DNA of 64,000 nt, from contig CM052818.1 of the NCBI GenBank assembly GCA_028534125.1, positions 20,028,001 to 20,092,000 on the forward strand. Direction: 5' to 3'. This DNA comes from Lama glama (taxonomy: Eukaryota). Shown piece after piece: positions 1 through 10,669 of the stretch (position 1 is the stretch's first letter; every line of letters starts with the position of its first letter). The position numbers were made by a program, and so were the translations under genes. The notes beneath the pieces were generated by a model. That model did not search any database. It was not told where the DNA came from and saw only the letters and a list, made by a program, of their open reading frames with translations.

Positions 1-504
1 TGTTCCAAATTGCTGATCTCAAACTATTAGTGGGTTTTGACCTGAAATCAACTTAATGGGTCATTAAATTTTTTTTAAATTATATAAAATGGAATGAAGT
101 AAAATGCATCAACCAGTGTCCCATATATTGGGGATAAGTATTGTTTCCTCAAATTTACGCCTCAGTTATGTGTGTGTATGTGTTATATGTATACAGAATT
201 GTAATGTGAAATGTGTTTTTTATTGAGTTGCCATCAAAAGAGTTTTGAAAGCCCTTGCTTTAAATAATAACTCCTTTAGTTCCTTCACTGGGTCCATTCT
301 TAGATCCAGTTCAATGAATAGCTTTGAAGGTCAAAGTCCATCTTTGTGTCCCCCTTCTGCCTTGGAGGGCTGACCTGCGTGACAAGGATGGGCTCTTCGA
401 GGTATGCAGGACCTAGCCTAGGAGCAGGCATGCTGTAGGCTTCCAAAGTAGATGTGTCTGTTATGTTACCTTAGGTCTGCAAAAACAAGGTGGTTTTCTG
501 AAGA

Positions 505-970
505 CCATGAAAACACTAATTTGAAAAGACATGTGCACCCCTCTGTTCACTGCAGCATTATTTAAAATATCCAAGATATAGAAACAACCTAGGTGTCTGT
601 CAAGGGATAAAGATGTGATACACACACAATGGAATATTACTCAAACATAAAAAAGAATGAAATGCTGACATTTGTGGCAGTAAGGATGGACCTTGAGGAT
701 TTTATGCTAAGTGATTTCATTCACATGTGGAATATGACAAAAGCAAAACCAACAAACAAGATAAAATAAGACAAAAACTTACAGATACAGTGAACTTACA
801 GATTGGTGGTTACCAGAGGGGGAGGGCATTGAGGGTTAGGTGAAATGGATAAAGAGGTCGACTGCAAGGTGATGGCTGGTAACCAGTCTTGTGGTGGTGA
901 TCATGCTGTAGTATATTCAGATGTTGAGTTGTAATGCTGTGGACTTGAAACTTCTTTTTTAAAAAAAGAT
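505..970 (+). mobile_element. LINE-1 3' end (ORF2 C-terminus and 3'UTR), degenerate
   Basis: Typical L1 3' motifs (tgttcactgcagcattattt...aaacaacctaggtgtc...caatggaatattactca...ggtggttaccagagggg), ending in an A-rich stretch. Confidence 0.8.
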
Positions 971-1149
971 AGTTGATCAAGATCTCTTAAATGCCCCTTT
1001 CAGCTACATGATTCCATGATCTTACTTCATTTATTGCAGGGAAAAAAAAAAACTGTCCACAAAAAATCTTGTTTTTTTTGGATAACATGAAAACCCAAAT
1101 CTTTTGCATCTTTTGGGTTCTGTTCTCATATCTCACTCCTATATCTGTG

Positions 1150-1678
1150 TCAGTAGACGTTTCAAATGGTCACATTTCCGCTCATTCAGGAGGATAGTGG
1201 ACACTTGCTGTTTTTGTCTCCTCTGCCCTCTTTCCTGCCAGTTCTGCTCCTACTTTCTTTTAACAGCATTCAACCATCTCAGTCAGACCAATGGTAGATG
1301 TCGGCCCGAACGTAGCCAATGAGAAAACTTCCTTGAGACTCTTCTCTGAGGGAGCTAAGCTGGAGCTTTCTCCTTCTATGGACTCACAGCTGAATACTTG
1401 AAATGACATTAAGTCTGGAGCCATCTGTGCCACTTCTGTTGCCCATCTGTGCAAGGAGGCCGTGTGGGGTGAGGAATGAGGCTCACATTCAGAGGATGGG
1501 TGTGGTACCAGGTGGAAGGTAGCACTGTTTGAGCTCTTGGATCCATCTGACCCAACGCCTGATCCACCCTTTTGTTTCTTCCCCTCAGTCACATGAACCA
1601 ATCTATTTGTTTTCTTGTGTGAGCCAGTTTCAGTTTGATTTCTGTCCTTTGCTTCAGAAGAAGTCCTGATTCATACAA
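1150..1678 (+). mobile_element. MaLR (MLT1-type) solo LTR, old
   Basis: 3' end gagccagtttcagtttgatttctgtcctttgc...agtcctgattcataca resembles the MLT1 LTR terminus. 5' boundary uncertain. Confidence 0.6.
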
Positions 1679-1964
1679 TGGGTATGACATTTGGATGGTT
1701 TTCTAAGAATGCTACTTTGGATCCAGATCTGTTAACAAGAACTCTTGTTTTTTAGAAAAAAGCAATTGTGTTCCTTTCTTCTTTCCAAAAGTATTTATTG
1801 GGCACAAAAAATGTGACATGTACAATGTTAGATCTGGAAGTAACAATTGCAACTCATATCTGTAACAAGTTGTCCTTCAAGTTTTTCCAATTTTTGTTTA
1901 GTGTAAAAAATAGAACATTGGGTTCCTCTTCGAAAAGTTCTGTTTAACAATGTATTTTTTTTAT

Positions 1965-2097
1965 GTGGGAGGGTATAGCTCAGTGGCAGAGCACATGCTT
2001 AGCATGCATGAGGTCCAGGGTTCAATCCTCAGTACCTCCATTAAAAAATAAAGAAAAACAAAAGTTAAAGAATAAGAGAAAAATTTTTTTAAAAAAC
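1965..2097 (+). mobile_element. tRNA-Ala(AGC)-derived SINE, camelid vic-1 type
   Basis: GGGAGGGTATAGCTCAGTGGCAGAGCACATGCTTAGCATGCATGAGGTCCAGGGTTCAATCCTCAGTACCTCCA: A box, B box and AGC anticodon, followed directly by an A-rich tail. Confidence 0.85.
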
Positions 2098-2255
2098 TAT
2101 GTAGTTTTTAGTTTTCTATGTTTTCATTTAGTGTTCCTTAATATGCAAGGTAGTAAGGTAGTTTTCCATGGTTATAAGCATTGTATACTCCAAATTTAGA
2201 ATTCCACTTTTTCTCTTAACATGAAATAAGATCTTCATATTAATAACATTTCATT

Positions 2256-2448
2256 TGTTTCTCAGCACTGTTGACATTTTGGGGCCTGTCTTGTCCATCA
2301 TAGAATGTTTAGCAGGATCTCTGGCCTCTCCTCATTAGACAACAATAGATTTCAGCCTCCAACCCCCAGGGGTCACAACTGAAAATGTCTTCACTCACTG
2401 CCAAATGTCCTTTGTGGGGACAGAATGGTCCCCAGTAGAGAACCATTG
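2256..2448. mobile_element. MER20-like hAT-Charlie non-autonomous element
   Basis: gtttctcagcactgttgacattttgggg...ctgccaaatgtcc...cccagtagagaaccattg resembles MER20. Confidence 0.7.
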
Positions 2449-2784
2449 CTGTATAATATTCTTTTGATTTGCCACTGTAATTTTCTTAACCAGTCTCCTA
2501 TATTTGGACACTTAGATTACTCCCAATTTATTGATGTTACAAATAATGCAGAAATAAATATTTTATTCATATTCTTTTTATATTATAAAATTGGCTTCCT
2601 GAGAATAAATTCATTAAGGTCAAGTGGTAGGAACACTTTTAGGGATTTGATACTTATTGCCAAGTTGCTTTTCAAAAGAACCCCACCAGGCTCCCCAGTA
2701 AGGTATAATTGATGAATGTAATCTTTTCCCTGCCATCTTGCTAGTATATGGTCTATCATGTTGTAATTTCAGTGCAACATCAGC

Positions 2785-2960
2785 TTCCTGTGGTGAAAGG
2801 AATCTAGAATTTGAAGTCAAACTGGTCTGGATCAAAACTCAGCATTAGCACTGATAGCAGGTTGACCTCAGGTAGTTTCTCAATCTCTCAGCCCTGATGT
2901 CCTCACTGTAAAATTGGTATAACAATCCCTTCCTTGCAGGGTCGTTACGTTCAAAAACAG
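2785..2960 (+). mobile_element. MIR SINE
   Basis: MIR core-like: tgacctcaggtagtttctcaatctctcagccctgatgtcctcactgtaaaattggtataacaat. Confidence 0.6.
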
Positions 2961-3769
2961 CTATTAACTGTCCTTGTCCATTATCGCCTTGGATGCTCAG
3001 AATACCTCTGCCCATGAGGTAGGCACTGGAAAATACCATTCTGGTTTTATGAAGGCTGAAGCAGGGAGGAATGTGTTGCAATCACACAAGAGATCTGTAC
3101 TCCCCACAGAGGCGGAGGCCTGTTGCATCAGAGACGCTGTTGCTTCATGTTGACCATCTGTATGTGCTTACCCAGCGCCTGCACTGCTGGAGGCTGTGGG
3201 GGCTGTCAGAGAAAGGGGTGACAGAGATGACTGACACTTGAAATGATAGGAATGGTAGGCAGAAATGACAAAACTGATGGCTGAACTGAGTGGAAACCTG
3301 TAATAAAGGCTGTGGGTGTGCCCAGGGGGACGGGAGTCCCAGGGGCCCATAGAATCAGGAGCAGAGGGCTTTATGATGACTTAGGATATGCTTCAGGTAA
3401 ACACTATGTGGACAGAGGAGAAGACAAGGAGGTTTGTGGCTAATGAGTGTGTCAGTTAATGGGGACAGAGAGCAGCCAAGAGGGATGAGGAGCCCACGCC
3501 AGCACTGAGCGGAGCAGAGGGTGCTTCAGGAGCACAGTGAGGAGCAAAGGAGGGCAGGGAGGGGGAGCACAGGTAGAGTCAGGACACGGCGACAGGACTG
3601 GCCCTGCATCCTGTCCTGCTGCTGCTCTTGCGGTGTTTGGGACCGGGGATTTGTAAACGAACAGATGGGTTGCTGAATGGACCAGAATGCTGATTTGAGC
3701 CATAACAGCAATACTCCTCTTGATGAAAATGACAGAAATACAATGTGTACAGATTTAAGCAAAAAGAAA

Positions 3770-4350
3770 ACACTACTATTGGTGGTTCCTCAAAAAGTTG
3801 GAAAGAATTATCATATGACCCAGCAATTCCACTCCCAGGTACACAGCCCCCCAAATTGAAAATGGAGGCTCCAGCAAAATCTTGTGCACGCATGTTCATA
3901 GCAACACTACTCAATAGCCACAAGGTGGAAACAACACAAATGTGCATTAATGGAAGAGTAGATAAACCAAATGTGGCATATGCATATAGTGGAATACGAT
4001 TCATCCACAAGAGGGAAAGAAATTCTGACACACGCCTCAACATGAATAAACCTTGAAGACCTTACGTCAAGTGACAGATGCCAGAGACAGAAGGCACGTG
4101 TTATAGAATTCCATTTATATGAAATGTCCAGAATAGGTAATTCCATAGACACAGAAAGTAGATTAGTGGTTAATTACCGCAGGGAGCAGGAGGGGGAGTG
4201 CCTGCCTAATGGGTACGGGGTTATCTTTTGGGACGATAAAAGTGTTCTGGAATTGAAGGTGGTGGCTGCACAACGTTGTGAACGTGCTAAACGCCGTTGA
4301 AGCATGCACTTGAAAGTGGTTAATTCTGTGTTGCATGAATCTCACCTTAT
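3770..4350 (+). mobile_element. LINE-1 3' end (L1MB-like)
   Basis: ORF 3745-4056 contains the L1 ORF2 C-terminal motif ELSYDPAIPLPG...RMFIATL, followed by an L1M-type 3'UTR. Confidence 0.85.
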
Positions 4351-5099
4351 TGAGGGCCACTCCCACAGTCTCAGGAAGGACAGGTATGCAGCTAGCCCTC
4401 TAGGAGGCTTCCCTCTGCTGCTCTCTGTGCACCTGTGTCATGTGTTCTCACTCCTCACGGAGGAAACGTGGCAGCTGACGGTGCCAGGGAGCACTGAGCA
4501 TGGTGGCCCCCCAGTCTCTCTGTCTCTGTGACAATGCTCCCTTCTTGGCCCAGCACGGATCAACCACTCATTCCTGGATCATTCAGATGCGGCAGGGAAA
4601 GGGTCATCAAAGCCTCCAGGGGATGGGGGAACAGATGGGGACAACAGTGCTGGGGTAAGGCCAACTCTGGGGCCCATACACAGATTGGATTTCCAAGGGA
4701 GAATAAAAAGATCTTGCCAAAGAAGTCCGCAAGCGTAATATGAATGTTCAAAGTAAGGGCCACCTTTCTGAGGAGCACCTCCTCTAGCTCCTGCCTTCCT
4801 GCTAAGTTATTATGACAAGTGGTTCTCCTCCAGAGAGTCCACAGCAGATTTGTGGAGATGGCTTTGCTGCTGCTGTGGCCGCATAGGGTCAGCTCTGTGC
4901 ACAGTAGGTCCTCAGTACGTACCTGGTGCTATTAATGATTCCCAGAACCCAGGGATCCATCTCCGTCCTTCATTCCCATCACCTCCTTGGTCACAAGTCT
5001 GGGCAGCCCTGTGCCCTGTATGCATCCTGCCGCCTTGTGCCCTCACTCGCGAGTGGGCTCCCTGTGAGTGCCCTTGCTTCTGCTCTCATCCTTCCACAA

Positions 5100-5860
5100 A
5101 GCTTTGGTCCTAAAAGGCAAATCAGATCACATCACACCTTATCCTAGACCCTTCAATGCCTTTCTCCTGCATTGAAGTAAGTCCCAGCTCTCTACTGGGA
5201 TCTGCAAGTCAGTACCTTAGTGGCTCTCAACCCTGCCCAAACTTCTGAATCACTTAGATGCTTTTCAAACATACTGATGACGGCTTCCCACAGACCAACT
5301 GAATCATAGTCTCAGAGTGAGAATGTGTGGGCCTGGGCATGAGCATTTTCTAGGTATTGTAGAGCTGAGTGGTTTTTTGCAGCCAGAGTTGAGAGCTACT
5401 GCCCTATGTGGTCTGCTAGCCGCCTGCCTTTCTGAATTCTCCTTTGTCACTGTCCCTTCATTCCCACACTCCTAGCATATTGGCCTTCCTTCTGCTCTTC
5501 AAGCCCAGACAAGTTCATCCTAACCCCAGGGCATTTGCACTGACTCTTCATTTAACCTGGAATGCCTCACCTTCAAGTCTTCTCTTGACTGGCTGCTTCT
5601 TGCTTTTCAGCTCACTGCTCAAATTTCACCTTCTCAGAGAGTCCTTCTAACCCTCTGATCACTTTATCTAGAGTTGTTTCCACCACTTTCTCCCTTGTTG
5701 TTTTCTATCAAGTTACCATGTTTTCACTTTTTCAGAGCACTTGTCACCATCTGAAACTTAAAAATATCTATTCATGTTCTATGTCTCATAAGAATGTCAA
5801 GTCTATGAGAAAAGGGACCTTTCAGAACGATGTCTGGCACTTAAAATACAACTGAACCCT
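5100..5860. mobile_element. L2 fragments with nested MER5-like element (~5215-5400)
   Basis: L2-like cccagggcatttgcactgact...cctggaatgcc...tcaaatttcaccttctcagagagtccttct. Nested agtggctctcaaccct...gttgagagctactg inverted termini. Confidence 0.55.
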
Positions 5861-5884
5861 TGCTTCCCAGAGTCCACATCATTT

Positions 5885-6178
5885 AGACCTGGGCCGTCCA
5901 TATGACTATTGAGCACTTGATAAAGGGCTAATCCAAATTGAGATGTGTTGTAAGTGTAAAAATACGTGCTGAATTTTAAAGACTTAGTATAAAAATGAAT
6001 GTAAAATACCTCATTTATAGTTTTAAAATTTTTACTACATGTTGACATGAAAATACTTTTGATAGACTGGGTGAATGAAGCATTAAAACTAATTTCACTT
6101 CTTTTTTACTTTTTGTAGTGTGGTTATTTAGAAAATTTAAAATTGTGTGAGTCGTATTCAGTTTCTTTTGGACAGCTG
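5885..6178. mobile_element. MER33/MER3-like hAT-Charlie element
   Basis: ctattgagcacttga...aattgagatgtgttgtaagtgtaaaaatac...tttcttttggacagc resembles MER33. Confidence 0.7.
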
Positions 6179-7644
6179 AAGGGCAGTTCACTTTGCAGTG
6201 GTGCATCCTTACTCACCCTCACAGTTTCTAGCCCTGCACTCGGAGTGTCAGTTCTAGGGATGTTTGGTGACCCTCGGTGGTTTCCTGTTTCTGCAGACAT
6301 CTCACGGAGTTGCCAGGCTAAGGACCCTCGTTACTTTGGTTTGAGTGCTCTCCCTGCTTCTGTTTTTTTCCCTCCTTTCCCCACCCTAAGTTCATCTTTT
6401 TTCTCTCCTTGAGTTTTTGCTGTAATCTGCTCCATCAACCATTGAAACTATGCTGTTTGGCAATCATGCTTTCTGTTTTTCATTATGTCTTTTCTAAGAG
6501 GCACAGAAATCATTCAAAAAGAACCAGAGAATTGTGAGAGCTAGATGGGGCCTTAGAGAACATTCTGTAAATTAGGAGACTTGACCCTCAGTATGTGCAA
6601 TGGCTTTGCTCAAGGTCACCCACCAGGGAGATAATTATTGAGTCCAGACTCAAACACAGAGGTTAATAAGATGTGTAAAATACGAAGTGATGCACAAGTC
6701 ATGACCCCTGTGCTCGGGAGACCTATGTTGCAGGTGGGTAGACGAGGCATATGAGCAGATGAGGACATGCCAAGCAATATGTGTGCTCCAGGACATGAGG
6801 GGAGGGGCAGACCCCAGGGAGCCCAGGGCTGGGGCAGGTGCCCAGAGTGGACTTAGAACTTGTAGACAGCTTGAGCTTAGAAGGCTTGGAGGACATCTAC
6901 TTAAAGCAACTAATTTGGCATCCTCCCAAGCCCCACTGTGACCCAGGACCACAGGATGGTGGTGTGTCCCGATTTAGACAGGTCTCAGAGTTGGTCATCT
7001 TAGCATCCACGGATTCCCTAGGATATGAGCCAAGTCTGGTATTAAAATTCTTACTTTATCAGGCTGATTGGACTTCTAAGTCTATGAAAAACCAAGAAAT
7101 AAATCCATTCATTCTGCAGGGACACTTGGAGAACTTACTATGTGTCAGGCACTGTAAATATAAAGTTGACAAGATATATGGTCACTTGGTGTCTCAAGGA
7201 GAAATCATCTGAGAATAAGATAGCAGAGAGATGGAAAGGACCTGGGTCCTCAGTGGCACTGCTGGGTCTCTGAATACATCAATCCTGCAGTTCAGTCTAT
7301 GTTTGGATGTTCTTATTTTAAGGCCTTATTAGTCAAGTTTTCCTGTTGCTTGAAGCTGAAGATATCCTAATGGATAGGACCAGTGTTCTTGAGGTTACAT
7401 TTCTACTCCTGGTTGTGTCCCTGGGACAGTTCATCACATCACTTCAAGGTCCCCACTGTCTCTGAGTGAGGCGAGCTAGAGAAAGGTTCAGAGTTAGAGG
7501 AGAAAGATGAAGATAAAGTTTTCCTTGGGACATCCACTTTCCATTGATGCCTTTCCTATCTCCCTGCTCATCAGCACCCCCATTTTTCATACCCTTTCTT
7601 ATCCAGCTTAGATAATGTCTTATCATTAAAGACAAAGGAAAATC

Positions 7645-8862
7645 CTCTCCAGCATTTATTGTTTGTGGAATTTTGAGTGATGGCCATTCTGACTGGTGTG
7701 AGGTGATACCTCATTGTAGTTTTGATTTGCATTTCTCTGATAATTAGCGATATTGAGCATTTTTTTTCATGTGCCTATTGGCCTTTTGTATGTCTTTGTT
7801 GGAGAATTGCTTGTTTAGGTCTTCTGCCCATTTTTGGATTTTTTTAAAATTAAGTTGTATGAGCTGTTTATATATTCTGGGAATTAATCCCTTGTCAGTC
7901 TCATTTTTTGCAAATATTTTCTCCCATATAGGTTGTCTTTTTGTTTTGCTTATAGTTTCCTTTACTGTACTTATAAGTTTAATTAAGTCCCATTTATTTC
8001 TGTCATCTGCATATAGTGACAATTTTACCTCTTTTCTTCCAGTTTGGGTCCCTTTTATTTCTTTTTCTCATCTGATTGATATGGCTAAGACTTCCAAGAT
8101 AGGTTGAATAGAAGTAGTAAGAGTGGGCATCTTTGTCTTGTTCCAGATTTTAGCGGGAAGGCTTTCAACTTTTCACAATTGGGTACTATGCTGGCTGTGG
8201 GTTTGTCATAGATAGCTTTTATTATGTTGAGATATGTTCCCTCTATATATGTTCCCACTTTGGTTTGAGTTTTTATTATAAATGGATACTGAATTTATCA
8301 GATGCTTTTTCTGCATCTATTGAGATGATCATGTGATTTTAGTCCTTTTGTTGATGTGGTGTATCATGTTGATTGATTTGACTGTGTTTAACATCCTTGT
8401 GTCCCTGGATGAACCCAACTTGATCATAGTGTATGATCTTTTTTATGTGTTGTTGGATTCTGTTTGCTATTTTTTTTGAGGATTTTTGCATCTATGTTAA
8501 TCAATGATATTGGCCTGTAATTTTCTTTTTTGGTAGTGTCTTTGTCTGGTTTTGGTATCTTCAAATGATGATGGTGGCCTTATAGAATGAATTTGGGAGT
8601 ATTCCCTCCTCTTCAATCTTTTGGAAGAGTTTGAGATCAGTATGAGTTCTTCTATGTGTATTTGGTAGAATTTCCCAGTGAAGCCATCTGGTCCTGGACT
8701 TTTGTTTGCAGGGAGGTGTTTTTATTTTTATTATTTTTTATTGTTGATTCTGTTTCACTTCTAGTGATTCATCTGTTCAGATTATCTTTTCTTCTTAATT
8801 CAATTTTGGTGGACTATATGTTTCTAGAAACTTGTCCCTTTCTTCTAGGTTGTCCAATTTGT
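7645..8862 (-). mobile_element. LINE-1 ORF2 internal fragment, internally deleted, no 3' tail
   Basis: ORF 7744-8022 joins the RT motif SLYADD directly to the downstream ORF2 segment NKWDLIKL...KRQP.WEKIFA...KWAEDLN. Confidence 0.9.
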
Positions 8863-8864
8863 TG

Positions 8865-9750
8865 CCTAGAAATTTTCTTTAGTTTACTGTTTGTTCAGCT
8901 TTTTTTGTCTTTGCAATTACATGTGTGTTTTTTGTGTGCAAATAATGTTTTATTTTCTATTAACCAAGAACCTAAGTCTTCCCAGTCACAGGTACTTTTA
9001 CGGTCAAGTCTAATCTTGAATATTGATTATAAAACATATATAATGGTAGTTGCATAATTTTTTGTCCACACTTTCTCCGTTTGAAATAATTTTGGTGTTA
9101 AGTGAAGAGATGAATCTTCTTTCATGTTTGCCTAATGGAAAACTGTAACATCAGTTAACATCAGACTGGGTTTTGTGAGAAGTATTCTCTTGCTTTGAAA
9201 AGGATGAATGCTGTCTCTTACGATTGTTGTCCAATAGGTACGGTAAAGCTAGGGAAGTTTCTTCTTTTACAGCTAATATTTCAATTTTATAAGTGCAATT
9301 TTCTTTTAATGGAAAGGCCAGAGTTTAATTTATTGCTTCTGAGTTGTGAATTGGATCAGATCTTTTCATTGTCATTGTTTTGAGCAGCAATAAAATCTTT
9401 GTTTGCTATGAAGTTGCAAGAGTTTCATCTGATGTTCAGATTGTAGATTTGACAAGGATAATTTTCTTGCTTGTTTTTATTGTTTTGATCAAAAAGTAAG
9501 GCTTCATTAAGTAAAGATATTCTGATATCTTTTTCTCAAATTCTGTTTTGGGTCATGCTTGACAGAAATCTGTTTAGTTTCATCGCTTCCACTATTTAGA
9601 AACTTAAGCAGATCATCACTTTCAATATTTTTCTATGACTTTTTTCTTTTTAATTTTTTTCTTTCCTGAGTTCTAGCTTTCTGTTTTTTTAATTTTTAGC
9701 ATGATCTCCACTTCTACACATGCTTAAAGATTTAAAGTATTAAAAATTTA
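8865..9750 (-). mobile_element. Degenerate hAT (Tip100-like) transposase relic
   Basis: Manual minus-strand translation gives FPLGKHERRFISSLNTKIISNGESVDK and, after frameshift, KSTCDWEDLGSWLIENKTLFAHKKH. Both resemble the TTF-type zinc-finger N-terminus of hAT transposases. Many stops. Confidence 0.5.
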
Positions 9751-10320
9751 AATGTAATCAAATGAAATACAAGTGTTCAAATGTATAAATATAAAATTTG
9801 AATACATTTTAACCAAAAAATTATAGTTAATATTAAAAATTAAAATTATCTTTCATATATGTGTTTGAAAAGGTTATTTATTTCTTCTAAACTATGCTAA
9901 ATTATTTACTAAAAATAAAAGGGAAAATACAAACTAATTGAACTGTCAAAATTTTAAATAAAAATTGTTCTATCTGAAATATTTAAATATTTTACTATTT
10001 ATTTAAAACATTAAATTTATTAAAAATTATTCACAGTTCTAACATTTAATGAGTATCTAGTTGCTCAGATAAAGAATCAGAATTACATTTTGTGCGTATT
10101 ACATCTAGCCCCACATATATACAAATTTAAGAATAGTATGAAGGGCTTAGTGTTATAAAAATGCTCCTCAGCCAGCATGGACACTTGCTATAAAGTCTGT
10201 AGTAATTTGAGAGTACCTCCAGAACCACTAATTAGAATATAAAAGAAGCAAGAAAATGCACACTCAGTACTACTGGAAAATAATAAATTTAATGCAAGAA
10301 TCCATTGAATTCACTCTGAG

Positions 10321-10355
10321 AGAGCGCCAAATCCTAACCACTAGACCACCAGGGA
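10321..10355 (-). pseudogene. Tailless retropseudogene of the 5' half of tRNA-Glu(CTC)
   Basis: Reverse complement TCCCTGGTGGTCTAGTGGTTAGGATTTGGCGCTCT = nt 1-35 of mammalian tRNA-Glu-CTC with one C>T change. Flanked by the perfect direct repeat GAATTCACTCTGAG (10307-10320 and 10356-10369). Confidence 0.9.
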
Positions 10356-10669
10356 GAATTCACTCTGAGTTAGGATTTGACAAGTTAATTAATTTGTGTT
10401 TTCTTTTACATAAGTGCTTTGTTACTTAACTCCTCCCTACACTCTAAAGAAGTGTCCGTCTCTGATGTTGGCAGTGGCAAAACTATAGATCTTCCTGGCC
10501 ATCTGATGGGTGGAAGAGAGTCTCTGAGATTCTCAGGGAGCCTAAATGGTGTTAGTCATGACAGTAGGTATTTAGATTATTTATTGCATTGGCACTGATC
10601 ACCAGATCCTAAGTGACAGAGGTGACCATGCATTCTTTAATAAATTGTGTGTGTGTGTGTTTGTGTGTT

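Noticed and set aside
1965..2040. Functional tRNA-Ala gene
   Set aside because: It has an A-rich tail instead of an immediate oligo-T terminator, plus CpG-type decay and T-stem mismatches. SINE is the better call.
10321..10355. Fragment of a tRNA-Glu-derived CHR-type SINE
   Set aside because: It matches the tRNA itself from nucleotide 1, ends at the anticodon, and the TSD brackets only these 35 nt.
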